Positions 23,892 to 33,178 of a stretch of DNA of 63,489 nt are shown in pieces (the first letter of the stretch is position 1; every line of letters starts with the position of its first letter). Position numbers and translations under genes: made by a program. The notes under the pieces are model-generated. The model did no database searches. It worked only from the letters and a program-made list of their open reading frames with translations, and was not told where the DNA came from. Source of the stretch: a virus (lineage: Duplodnaviria > Caudoviricetes); the IMG/VR virus record IMGVR_UViG_3300050029_000088, positions 1-63,489 of that record; one strand, 5' to 3'.

Positions 23892-24040
23892 AGTCGGCAG
23901 CCGACCCGTGCCCTTAGACAGCCGACGGGGCAGCGCGCAAGCGGGGATGCCGGGTGCTCCACCCGTCTGAGAGCCGGTTGGCTCAGGAGAGGGAGGCTCC
24001 GCACGGAGCCGGGTCACGTCGGGAAGGGGGCGTGGCGCTA
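23892..24040 (+). ncRNA. candidate multibranch small RNA
   Basis: TATACT at 23879; closing stem GACCCG/CGGGTC enclosing several hairpins. Confidence 0.45.
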
Positions 24041-24080
24041 CTCACTTGCAGGGCTCTCGCGTTTGTGCTATCTTAGGTGC

Positions 24081-24490
24081 ATGAAATGCTAGCGACCTAC
24101 GAAAGCCTCCTGCGTTGCTCGGCCCCTTCCGAGGGGGTATAGCGGCTCGGAGGGACGGCAGGAATATCGGGCGCGAGCCCGAGAAACTCATCCGCCTCCG
24201 GGTATTCGTGGAAAACCTCGGGCACTCGGGCGGGGGGCTTTCGGAGGTCGACAGCGTATTAGGGGCGCACGCGCGGCGCACTTCGGCCAGTAGCCCCATC
24301 CCCGCGTCAAGCGTGCTGCGCGGCGGGGGAGAAGCCCGGATCGCTCAGAATCGCGCGGTGCTTCCGCAGAAGCCGGGTACAGCAGGGAGCCCCCGGACGG
24401 CAAGGGTAACACCGGGCCGGTAAGGGGGCTCTCGAACGTCCGGGGCCGGGGCAAGGGCTTATTCGCAGAGTCGTCTACCCCGGCCCTTCC
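24081..24490 (+). ncRNA. candidate ~400-nt structured RNA
   Basis: TTGCAG-N17-TATCTT promoter; long helix 24094-24110/24233-24249; GCGA tetraloop hairpin; no credible ORF. Confidence 0.55.
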
Positions 24491-24512
24491 TTCTCGCGGT
24501 AGACTCTCGGGC

Positions 24513-25085
24513 ATGGCTTATGCTCCCGTGGCCCGGATCACGCTCGCACCGTCCCCGCAGACCTCGGGCACGCTGCTCAGCGTCTTCGACGGACAGAGCG
24601 GGTCGCACGGATCGACTGCCGACCGCTTCCCCGATACGCCGTTCCCGGCTCTCGTCTGCCGACCGCAGACCATCCCGATCTTCTCTGGCCCGGATCAGAA
24701 CGCCGAGGAAGTGACCGTGGTCGACATCTCGGGAGACGACCTCACGATCATCCGGGGTGAGTCGCCCCTCGCCATCACGGCGTCGATGCAGATTTCGGCG
24801 CTCGCCTCGCTCGACATCGTGAGCCTCGGGCAGCCGATCACCGTCTCGGACGTGTTCGTGGTTGGCAACCCGCCCTACTCGATCACGCTCAACTCTCCGC
24901 AGGGCAACATCATCTCCTTCGGCCCGCTGGAAGGCGTGACAGACGGGGGCGCTGGCAAGGTCAGCTTCAAGTTCACGCCGCTGCTCTCCGGTCAGTGGGG
25001 CTACCGCTTCTTGGACGCCGATGGACTGCCTCGCGCTGACCGCAAGTTCTTCGTCCGCTTCACCGATATGTACGATCCGACCTAA
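24513..25085 (+). CDS. putative virion/tail protein
   Basis: TAGACT-N7-ATG; AEEVTVVDISGDDLTIIRG motif common in phage tail proteins. Confidence 0.6.
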   Translation: MAYAPVARITLAPSPQTSGTLLSVFDGQSGSHGSTADRFPDTPFPALVCRPQTIPIFSGPDQNAEEVTVVDISGDDLTIIRGESPLAITASMQISALASLDIVSLGQPITVSDVFVVGNPPYSITLNSPQGNIISFGPLEGVTDGGAGKVSFKFTPLLSGQWGYRFLDADGLPRADRKFFVRFTDMYDPT

Positions 25086-25595
25086 ATGGCGATCTTCGAC
25101 AACGCCGTCGAGATTCAGTACGTCTTGCAAGGCTGGCAGGGCGACTGGGATGGAACCCTCGCCTACCTCGAAGGCGACCTCGTGCTGTGGAACGGCACCA
25201 TCTATCAGGCGTCCGAGCCGGTCGACGCCAACGGGCTCGGCCCGGCAGACAACTCCTCGCAGTGGGCCGTCATCTACGACCCGACGGCGCAGCCGCCTAC
25301 GCTTCTACCTGACTCCGTGGGGCCGTTCGTGGACAACCCCGAGGGCTCGATCCTCGTCGTGTCGGACATCGGATCGTGGGGCAACGCGGCGCTCGATCAG
25401 ACCTCATGGGCCTTCGAGTGGCAGTCGGGCGACTCGTCAGACCCGGACGATCCTTCATGGGCCGACTCTGATCCCAACACCAACCTCATCGACGGCCCGT
25501 TCATGGACGTGGCCGACGGGGCGAGCTTCCACCGCGTCATCGTCATCGTCACCAACGCCTTCGGCACGGTAAGCGCGACGAGCCCGGCGGTCTAG
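25086..25595 (+). CDS. acidic virion protein with carbohydrate-binding-like and Ig-like segments
   Basis: WQGDWDGTLAYLEGDLVLWNGTIY; VTNAFGTVSATS. Confidence 0.6.
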   Translation: MAIFDNAVEIQYVLQGWQGDWDGTLAYLEGDLVLWNGTIYQASEPVDANGLGPADNSSQWAVIYDPTAQPPTLLPDSVGPFVDNPEGSILVVSDIGSWGNAALDQTSWAFEWQSGDSSDPDDPSWADSDPNTNLIDGPFMDVADGASFHRVIVIVTNAFGTVSATSPAV

Positions 25596-25596
25596 C

Positions 25597-28500
25597 ATGG
25601 CCGTCACGTTCCTCGGGCAAGTCTCCGCCATCGTGGACGGAGCGGGCGCGGCCGTCGCCGTCCCGATCACGCAGCGCGTCCCCCGATCCGATCCGACCAC
25701 GGCCCGTCACATCGTCGTCTGCGTGCAATCGTTCTCGGCTACCGGCACGCCGGACGTGTCTTCGATCACGGACGACGCGGCCATCGACCCCTTCTACGAT
25801 ACGCACTACGGGCCGGGTAACATCTACGCCTACCTGGACGCGAGCACGGGCATCAACTCGGGCGACGGCGACTTCCTCACGCATCGGTGGTATGGGCTCG
25901 TGCTCCACCCGCTCGAAGTGGCCGACGTGGTGACGGTGCATCTCACCGGGAGCCCGAGCGCGGTCAAGGTCGTGATCTTCGCAGTCGAGGGCGCGTTCGC
26001 GAACACGTCACGGCCGGGGGCGCGAGAGAATCCGACGCTCAACGGGGGGCCGCAGGGCGACCCGGCGGTCTTCTGGAATCGCGAGCCCGCCGACCTCGAC
26101 ATCACGGTGCTTCAACCCTCGCCTACAGGCTGGGGATGGGCCACGCCGAGCCTCCTGCTCTACACCGCCTTCGGGGACAACGAGCCCGGCGTTACGGGAT
26201 TCGCGTTCGATGACGGCGGGATCGCGGTGGACGCCTCGTGGTTCAAGGCCATACACGAGGGATTCTTCATCACGGGGCACAAGTCCGTCTCGGGCGCGGT
26301 GGACGACACGGCGAAGGTGGGCGGCAACTCGACCTCGCTCGCGATGGGAGAAATCGCCGGGCACGCAGTCGCTCTCAAGGCTGGCCCCGGCCCGGCCGCG
26401 CCGCCGCAAGAGGAGCGGTTCTACGCAGGGGCGTGCGCCGTGACGATCCAGTCAAACGACTCGACGGCAGTCACCTTCCGAAATAATCAAGGCACCTTCG
26501 CGATTTACAAGAAGTTCGTCGCGGCCGGGCTCAGCTACTACGCGCCGGGGGTGATCGGATGGATCAAGGACTTCGAGGGCCACATGATCCTCGATGACGC
26601 GGCAGGCTTCGCAGCGCAGCCGAGCGACCTCACCAAGCAGGGCGGCTCAGTCAACGACCCCGCGCATGGCGGCGGCGGTGGCGTGGGCGTTCATATCGGA
26701 CGACACAACTCCCTGTTCCCGAACTTGGACAAGGTGGTCGATTGGACGTGGGATTTGACGACGCGCTACGGAGTCAACCCCGGCCCGGTTGGCTTCGGGC
26801 TCCCGGCTGGCAGCTTCGGCGTGCAGGCAGTCACGATCAACAACGAGCCTTCCGTCTCGGGATCAGGCGCGACGTGCCAGGGCCACTTCTCGATCACGCT
26901 CACGCTCGGAGAGAACGGCAACCTCAGCTTCGACGTGACCTACGGCTACACGATCTTCAACGACCGAGTGGAGCAGAGCATCGTCGTCTCGGGCAAGCCC
27001 GGCTCGGCTGGGCTGTTCGTCAAGGAACCGAAGGCGGTCGTCACGGCGCTGACCGGCTTCAAGGGCATGGACTTGCTCGATGCCGCTGGTAAGGCACTCG
27101 TCAAGGTCAACCTCGCCTCGATCCCCGATCCCCGGTGCGGCACGCGGCAGTTCGCCAACCCCGCTCGCGCGGGCGTGCGATTCAACGGCGGGCCGGGCCG
27201 CGACATTCAGATCATGTGCGACAATGGCTTCGAGTCGTGGGCGACGGCAGCGGACAGTCGCGCCAAGATCATCGGACTGCCGTGCGGCGGCTACTGCCTC
27301 GATCCCGGCACGGCCAAGCTCCGGCGGCGCTGGGAGCTTCCCCACTTCAACGCGAACCCCGAGGCCAACAGGATCGGATGCTGGCAGCCGTTCACCGTCG
27401 ACCCCGCCTCGAACCACGTCAAGATCAGAACAAAGTTTGACTGGGGGCTCACGGTCAATCAGCGGCTCCACTTCCGCCGAGCGTCGGGCGGGCGGGCGCT
27501 CCCGGCTCCGCTCAAGCCGTACACGGACTACTACATCGTCTCGGTCGACCCGGCGGATGACTCGCGTGTGCAGGTCAGCACGACGAAGGGCGGCGGTGTT
27601 CTCGACATCACGGGTGCGGGCGGCGGCATCTTCGCTCGCGGCTACGAAGACGACCTCGCCGCGACTGTCGGCATCTTCTTCCACTCGTGGGAGGGCGGCA
27701 ACGGCTACCCGGACTGCCTCTGCGCGAGCAGGGCGCACGGCCCTACCGACGCCCATTCGATGAAGCTCACGTACACGCTGCCCCTCGGAACGTCGAGCCC
27801 ACCGCCACCGCCTCCCCCGCCACCGCCTCCGCCTCCCCCGCCGCCGACCGGCGGGACACTGAGCCGGTGGACGCTAGACGAGGCACCGTGGAGGCACAAG
27901 CACGTCTACATCTCAGAGGAGATTCATACCGGGATGTTCTCGCCGCAGAGCCTCGTGGCGAAGTGTGTCCAAAACAACGTCAAGGGCATATTCTTCGAGA
28001 TTGGTGACGTGGGGGAAGACCCTGATTGGCTAGCGCACGCGCTGGCGCTCAAAACATTCTGCCATCAGAGCGGGCTCAAGCTCGTGGTGTGGAACATGAT
28101 TTCGCAGATTCCTGGCACCGTGCAGGCAGTCATCAAGATGATTCAGCAGATCGGCCCGGACGCCTACGTCGCAGACGTGGAGACGCACGACGAATACACG
28201 TTCGCCGCCGCAATCGACGCGGCGTTCCCGAACCTGCCTCGTGCGATCACCGCGACGGGCGGCGGACTCGACACGCAGTTCTACGTCGACCCGTGGGGGC
28301 CAAACTGGGATGTCCAGGTGCAGGACTACATCACGCCGAACACGGGCGGCGCGACTGGGAGACAGTGCCCTGCGGCAGCCGAGAACTTCTGCTACTGGCG
28401 CTCGCCCGCGACAGGGCACCCGAACGGAATCCGGCTACAGAAACTCGCTAATGGCTCCAAGATGTACCACGTCCCGTTGCTCGAAGTGAACGCCGATGGC

Positions 28501-28614
28501 ACTCCTGGCCTTGCTCCGCAGATTCCGCTCGTGGCTCCGTGGGGAGAAGCAATCGGCGTCTACAAACCGGACGCGATGACAGGCGGCGACTGGACGGCGC
28601 TCGCTGGCGCTTAG
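25597..28614 (+). CDS. large multidomain virion/receptor-binding protein with polyproline linker
   Basis: 1005 aa, beta-rich; 16 consecutive Pro before a C-terminal alpha/beta domain. Confidence 0.65.
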   Translation: MAVTFLGQVSAIVDGAGAAVAVPITQRVPRSDPTTARHIVVCVQSFSATGTPDVSSITDDAAIDPFYDTHYGPGNIYAYLDASTGINSGDGDFLTHRWYGLVLHPLEVADVVTVHLTGSPSAVKVVIFAVEGAFANTSRPGARENPTLNGGPQGDPAVFWNREPADLDITVLQPSPTGWGWATPSLLLYTAFGDNEPGVTGFAFDDGGIAVDASWFKAIHEGFFITGHKSVSGAVDDTAKVGGNSTSLAMGEIAGHAVALKAGPGPAAPPQEERFYAGACAVTIQSNDSTAVTFRNNQGTFAIYKKFVAAGLSYYAPGVIGWIKDFEGHMILDDAAGFAAQPSDLTKQGGSVNDPAHGGGGGVGVHIGRHNSLFPNLDKVVDWTWDLTTRYGVNPGPVGFGLPAGSFGVQAVTINNEPSVSGSGATCQGHFSITLTLGENGNLSFDVTYGYTIFNDRVEQSIVVSGKPGSAGLFVKEPKAVVTALTGFKGMDLLDAAGKALVKVNLASIPDPRCGTRQFANPARAGVRFNGGPGRDIQIMCDNGFESWATAADSRAKIIGLPCGGYCLDPGTAKLRRRWELPHFNANPEANRIGCWQPFTVDPASNHVKIRTKFDWGLTVNQRLHFRRASGGRALPAPLKPYTDYYIVSVDPADDSRVQVSTTKGGGVLDITGAGGGIFARGYEDDLAATVGIFFHSWEGGNGYPDCLCASRAHGPTDAHSMKLTYTLPLGTSSPPPPPPPPPPPPPPPPTGGTLSRWTLDEAPWRHKHVYISEEIHTGMFSPQSLVAKCVQNNVKGIFFEIGDVGEDPDWLAHALALKTFCHQSGLKLVVWNMISQIPGTVQAVIKMIQQIGPDAYVADVETHDEYTFAAAIDAAFPNLPRAITATGGGLDTQFYVDPWGPNWDVQVQDYITPNTGGATGRQCPAAAENFCYWRSPATGHPNGIRLQKLANGSKMYHVPLLEVNADGTPGLAPQIPLVAPWGEAIGVYKPDAMTGGDWTALAGA

Positions 28615-28629
28615 AGGTAGACTACTCGC

Positions 28630-29490
28630 ATGACTCTGGCTTTCAACTGGCAGTCCCTCGGGGCGTGGGTCAACGACTGGGAGAACGTCAAGGGCTGGCA
28701 ACTCGACAAGTTCGCCGCCGTCGGCGGCAAGTGGATCACCGTCTCCCTGATCGAGCTTTCGGGCGGGGCCGGGACGGACAACCCCGAGATGCAGTGGAAC
28801 CGCGCCAACATCGAGTCGATCAAGTCAGCGTGCGCTCAGCGCGGCATCGTTGTCTCCGGGTGGTACGTCGGCTGGGGAGGGGACGCCGCCACGAACGCTG
28901 CCGAGGTCGCAGCCTTCCATAAGACCCACGCGCTCGGCCCGATCATCCTAGACCTAGAAGGCCCGTACCAACTCAACTTGAAGGTGGCCGACCTGACTCT
29001 CGCCATCCGGCAGCAGTTCCCGGTCGGCACGAAGCCGGTGGGCGTGACGACCAACTCGCTCAACGACTCGCAGGTCTACAACGGCCGCGTCGGCAGCGTG
29101 ACGGCCCCGAGCGACAAGAGTTTCTACGACCTCAAGATCAGGGTGATTCCGCAGTGGTACAACTCGCCAGCGTACGGCGGGTGTTGGACTGACCCGGTGT
29201 GCAACATGAAGACGCTCTACGGGCCGGGTGGCACGGGCGCGAGCGACAACCTCTCCGACCCGGACGCGCCGGGCGGTCGCGCGGTGCAACCGGGCTGGGT
29301 CAAGCCGGTGCTCGAAGTCACGGCGCTCGAAAGCTCGACGCTCGCCCCGGAGCTTTCCTCGTGCGTGGCGGCGCAGGTGTACGGGCTCGGCAAGGGCGTT
29401 TCGATCTACCTGCTTGAGAACGTGCCCGACGGCGACCCGCACGGAGACTTTCAGAGCCTCGCCGCCTATCGCGGCCACCTGTTCCTGTAG
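28630..29490 (+). CDS. hypothetical protein, possible glycoside-hydrolase-like barrel
   Basis: TAGACT-N6-ATG; GIVVSGW..IILDLE..VIPQWY..GVSIY pattern. Confidence 0.5.
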   Translation: MTLAFNWQSLGAWVNDWENVKGWQLDKFAAVGGKWITVSLIELSGGAGTDNPEMQWNRANIESIKSACAQRGIVVSGWYVGWGGDAATNAAEVAAFHKTHALGPIILDLEGPYQLNLKVADLTLAIRQQFPVGTKPVGVTTNSLNDSQVYNGRVGSVTAPSDKSFYDLKIRVIPQWYNSPAYGGCWTDPVCNMKTLYGPGGTGASDNLSDPDAPGGRAVQPGWVKPVLEVTALESSTLAPELSSCVAAQVYGLGKGVSIYLLENVPDGDPHGDFQSLAAYRGHLFL

Positions 29491-29499
29491 ACTACCTGC

Positions 29500-29745
29500 G
29501 TGGCTAACGAGCCAAAGGAGTTCATGCGGTACGCGGCCCTCGGGCCGGAGTTTCAGCGTGCATGGGCGCGGCTCGACAAGGAGATGAAGGTGCCGCCGTC
29601 GTGTGAGGTCTTCCTCCACGGCTACACGAAGGCGAAGGAGCACCGCTACCTCACCCCCGAGGCATACGCCGCGCACGCGATCCAAGAGGTCAGGCATCCG
29701 GTGAAGGGCAAGCCGTCCATCACGACGGACGAGCCGAACTTCTAG
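29500..29745 (+). CDS. hypothetical protein
   Basis: TAGACT-N6-GTG. Confidence 0.6.
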   Translation: MANEPKEFMRYAALGPEFQRAWARLDKEMKVPPSCEVFLHGYTKAKEHRYLTPEAYAAHAIQEVRHPVKGKPSITTDEPNF

Positions 29746-29766
29746 CGAGGCGATAGACTACCCCGC

Positions 29767-30120
29767 ATGGCTCGCACCGTCATCCCTGTCTCCGAAATCT
29801 CTCGCGCGGGCATCGCCCCGCCTGCGCAGCAGACTGCCGATCAACCGAACGGCAACTACATCGCCTCGAACGACGGCACGATCTTCGTGGAAATCGAGAA
29901 CACGGATGCGTCCCCTAAGAGCGTCGGCTTCGTGATCTTCGGGTCGCAGGTCGATGGCGTGACGATTCCCGACAAGGTTGTCACCGTGCCAGCGGGCGCG
30001 ATCCGGTGGGCTGGGCCGTTCCCGGTGCGCTACTACGGGCAGGTCGATGCGTCTCTCTGGATCAACCCGGACGCTGCGACCTCGCTAAAGTTCCGCGCCT
30101 ACAAGCTCCCCGTCAGCTAG
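29767..30120 (+). CDS. putative head/decoration protein
   Basis: TAGACT-N7-ATG; WAGPFP motif, paralogous to 55918..56262. Confidence 0.55.
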   Translation: MARTVIPVSEISRAGIAPPAQQTADQPNGNYIASNDGTIFVEIENTDASPKSVGFVIFGSQVDGVTIPDKVVTVPAGAIRWAGPFPVRYYGQVDASLWINPDAATSLKFRAYKLPVS

Positions 30121-30265
30121 ACTTCTTCTCGCGCGGTAGGCCACCGCGCCGCTGCTAGGGAAGCTCGCCTGCCCTAATCGAGCGATTCCTGCGGGGGGCA
30201 CGCGGTGGGCTCGCGTGCTCCCCCGCCCTTACTGCTATAGTGTACGGCAGGAAAGGAGGCAACAT

Positions 30266-30475
30266 ATGGCGAAGAAGCAGAGCATCACGGATCAGGTTCT
30301 CAAGGCGCTCGGCACCGCGAAGACGAAGGATGCCGTCGCGGACAAGCTGGGCGTGAGCTTCGGCTACGTCTCGCGCACGATCAACGACCTCGTGGCGTCG
30401 GGCCAGGTCGCGCAGACGAAGGTCAAGTCGACCTACGGGATCGGCAGGCCCGCCGCGTACTTCAAGCGCGTCTAG
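30266..30475 (+). CDS. winged-helix DNA-binding protein
   Basis: AAAGGAGG SD; VADKLGVSFGYVSRTINDLV..GRPAAYF. Confidence 0.75.
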   Translation: MAKKQSITDQVLKALGTAKTKDAVADKLGVSFGYVSRTINDLVASGQVAQTKVKSTYGIGRPAAYFKRV

Positions 30476-30578
30476 GGGGCTTCCCGTGAAGCGGGGAGAG
30501 CGGAGGGCCGGGCAACCGGCCCTTCGCGGTGGTAGACTCCGTGCAAGCGGAATACTCCGCAACAAAGGAGGAAACGGC

Positions 30579-30848
30579 ATGGCAGTCACCAAGACGGGAG
30601 AGCGCAAGGTCGTCCTGTTCAAGTTCCAGGCAGAGGGCTCGCATGTGAGCATCTCCGCCGCGAAGATCAACGCCGACGGATCACACGGCGATGTCTTCGA
30701 GAAGAAGGAGACGCCCAACCACGTAGACGCCGAGGGGTTCGGCCACGGTAACGTGTCCTACCCCGCAGGCTACTCGGGGTCGTCCTTCATCGTCGTGCAG
30801 GGCTCGCATCCGGGCTCGGCTCCCGACGAGGGCACCATCTCCGCCTAG
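30579..30848 (+). CDS. hypothetical protein
   Basis: AAAGGAGG SD, upstream TAGACT, terminator downstream. Confidence 0.65.
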   Translation: MAVTKTGERKVVLFKFQAEGSHVSISAAKINADGSHGDVFEKKETPNHVDAEGFGHGNVSYPAGYSGSSFIVVQGSHPGSAPDEGTISA

Positions 30849-30859
30849 CAGACCGACGC

Positions 30860-30892
30860 GGCAGGCGGGCACAATCGGCCCGCCTGCCATTT
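30860..30892 (+). terminator. intrinsic terminator
   Basis: GGCAGGCGGGC/GCCCGCCTGCC stem followed by ATTT. Confidence 0.65.
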
Positions 30893-31013
30893 CCATGCGC
30901 CACTGGCTTGCCCATCCCCACGTCCACGTCACGTACAAGCTTGTGCGTGGTGTGATCGAGGGCATCGCCATCGCGGCCAACTTCGTCGGTCTACTTCGCA
31001 TCTTCGGGATTCT

Positions 31014-31574
31014 GTGATCGACTTCCTCACCCTCGACTCGTGGGTCACGTCGGATCAGCACTGGGGGCACGACAACATCATCCGATTCCAGGGTAGGCCG
31101 CAGAGTCACGAGGCGCTCATGCGGCGGCAGTGGGAGAGCCGCGTGCAACCGGACGACGTGGTGCTCCACTTGGGCGACCTCGTGTGCTTCGAGTACCGGC
31201 AGGAGTACCGCGACAAGAACTACTGGGCCGAGTATGTCGCAGAGCTTCCCGGCCAGAAGTTCATCATCCTCGGCAACCACGATGACCATTCCCCGGCGTG
31301 GTACGGGGCCGCAGGCTTCACCGTGCTCGGGCGCGGCAATACGCCGTTCTTCTGGCACCGGCCCGACAACGGGGCGCTCGTGGCCTTCTCGCACGAGCCT
31401 GTCGAGGACTGCGGCGGGTGGAGCATGAACGTCCACGGACACACTCATGGCAACACGCACCGCCCGCTCCCGAGCGACCGCGCCTACCGCAACGTCCAGC
31501 GCCGCAACGTCTGCGTCGAGGTCACGAACTACGCACCTGTTCGGGTGCGCAGCGTGCTAGACTCTCCCGCGTGA
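31014..31574 (+). CDS. calcineurin-like metallophosphoesterase
   Basis: SDQHWGH, HLGD, GNHD, SHEP, HGHTH. Confidence 0.9.
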   Translation: MIDFLTLDSWVTSDQHWGHDNIIRFQGRPQSHEALMRRQWESRVQPDDVVLHLGDLVCFEYRQEYRDKNYWAEYVAELPGQKFIILGNHDDHSPAWYGAAGFTVLGRGNTPFFWHRPDNGALVAFSHEPVEDCGGWSMNVHGHTHGNTHRPLPSDRAYRNVQRRNVCVEVTNYAPVRVRSVLDSPA

Positions 31575-32332
31575 AGCTCAAGCGGGTCATCAAGAACGGC
31601 ACGACCGGCTCCGACGCGCGGGCCTGTAAGCGGGCGCTCGCTCGCGCGGGCTACGGGCCGGGGAAGCTCGGCGGAATCACGCCGGTCTTCGGGCCGTTCT
31701 CGGTCGTGTGGCTCAACCACTGGAAGAAGACCGTGGGCCTGCCGCAGAACGGGAAGATCGGGCAGCAGGCGCTCGACAAGCTCGCGCCGTGGTTTGATGC
31801 ACTCGCGCTCAAGTGGTACGCCGACTTCACGATCCCGGCCAAGCAGGTCAACCCGTTCGCGCACGCGCGAGGGCTCGTCCCCGAGCGCACGGACGACGGC
31901 GTGGACTACGGCGGCGACCGGCTCACGCGGATCGACGCGCTCGGGCGCAGCCGGATCATCAAGGCCGTCACAGACTCGACCTGGCCCGGCCCGTACGGGT
32001 CGGCGTCCGGTTTCAACGGCACGGGTGGCTTGATCCACGGCGTCTTCCTCGACGGGCCGAACGTAGACGAGGAGTGGTATCTCGCGGAGTTCATGTACGT
32101 GGACGTGAAGGCAGAGTGGGTCGTGCAGGCTGGGCAGCAGATCGCCCGCTTCTACCACGATGCACGCTCGGGCGTCGGGATCGAGTACGGGTTCGGCGTC
32201 GGCGGCTCCTCGCAGGTGGCGACCGAGGCAGGTAACGCATGGGCGCGACTTCTTCTCAAGACCGGCGCTCCGGTTCGGGACAATCCGGGGCCGGGCTCGT
32301 CTCTCTCGCCATTTGGTAAGATAGTCCGATGA
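31571..32332 (+). CDS. peptidoglycan-binding domain + M23-like domain protein (endolysin-like)
   Basis: G.TGSD..KRAL..FGP..GLPQNGKIG; RTDDGVDY, V.AGQQIA; TAGACT-N7-GTG. Confidence 0.65.
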   Translation: MKLKRVIKNGTTGSDARACKRALARAGYGPGKLGGITPVFGPFSVVWLNHWKKTVGLPQNGKIGQQALDKLAPWFDALALKWYADFTIPAKQVNPFAHARGLVPERTDDGVDYGGDRLTRIDALGRSRIIKAVTDSTWPGPYGSASGFNGTGGLIHGVFLDGPNVDEEWYLAEFMYVDVKAEWVVQAGQQIARFYHDARSGVGIEYGFGVGGSSQVATEAGNAWARLLLKTGAPVRDNPGPGSSLSPFGKIVR

Positions 32333-32619
32333 TCGTCGCCGCTGACTACGTGCTGTTCGGCCTCGGCCTCGCGTGGGCGCTCATCGTCTTCGGCTGCATC
32401 GCTTGGATCGTGGGAGGGTTCACTGTCGAGTGGTGGAAAGGGAGGAAAGCGTGAGCTTCATCGTCATCGGCCACTTCTGCCCGACGGACGCAAGCCCCGA
32501 GGACTACCCGGATATGGGCACGCTCGGCGGCGACCTCATCGCCTTCGGCCCGTTCGAGACGAAGAAGGAGGCCGAGGACTTCGCCCGCGAGGACTTCTGG
32601 CTTCCTGACGCCACGGTGG

Positions 32620-33165
32620 TTGAGCCGGTTGCCTGACCGGCTCGGGTTCGCACTCCTACTCGCGGATCGCTCGGGGCTCGACCCCGAGGTCACGCTCGGT
32701 TGGACGTACTTCGAGACGAGTGACGCGACCGAGCCGAACCATCCGTACAACTGGATCAACTGGAAGGATGCCCCTGACCTCGTGGGGCCGTTCGTGTCGC
32801 ACTGGCCCGCGAGCGACGGCGGCACGATCCCCGGCTACGCCAACCTGCACGACGCGGTAGACGACTGCGAGCGCCGCCTCGCGCTACCCAAGTACGATGC
32901 GATCCGCGCGAGCGCCGGTAAGGGCGCTGCCTTCCGGCAGCCGCAGCTTGACGCAATCATCGCCTCGAAGTGGGGCACAAAGAACTTGCAGTGGATCGCC
33001 TACCACGTCGACTCACATCTCATGTGGACGTGGATCAGTTGGAGACTGGGGCGCGACTGGGCGCGAGAGTTCGGCCCGCGCAGCGTGGCGCACCGTCCGT
33101 ACGTGTTCCCTACTGGGAGCAACATCCCCGCCTCGTGGTGGGATGAGCTAGCCAAGTTCCACTAA
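32620..33165 (+). CDS. putative lysozyme-like cell-wall hydrolase
   Basis: E..YNWIN..YANL.DAV..YDAIR..AIIASKWGT pattern; adjacent to the PG-binding gene. Confidence 0.4.
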   Translation: MSRLPDRLGFALLLADRSGLDPEVTLGWTYFETSDATEPNHPYNWINWKDAPDLVGPFVSHWPASDGGTIPGYANLHDAVDDCERRLALPKYDAIRASAGKGAAFRQPQLDAIIASKWGTKNLQWIAYHVDSHLMWTWISWRLGRDWAREFGPRSVAHRPYVFPTGSNIPASWWDELAKFH

Positions 33166-33178
33166 CAAGGAGGGCACC

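Noticed and set aside
24123-24136. Eighth CCCTC-N4-GAGGG box
   Set aside because: Imperfect, lacks the GATACT at 23-24 nt, and is better explained as a hairpin within the RNA candidate.
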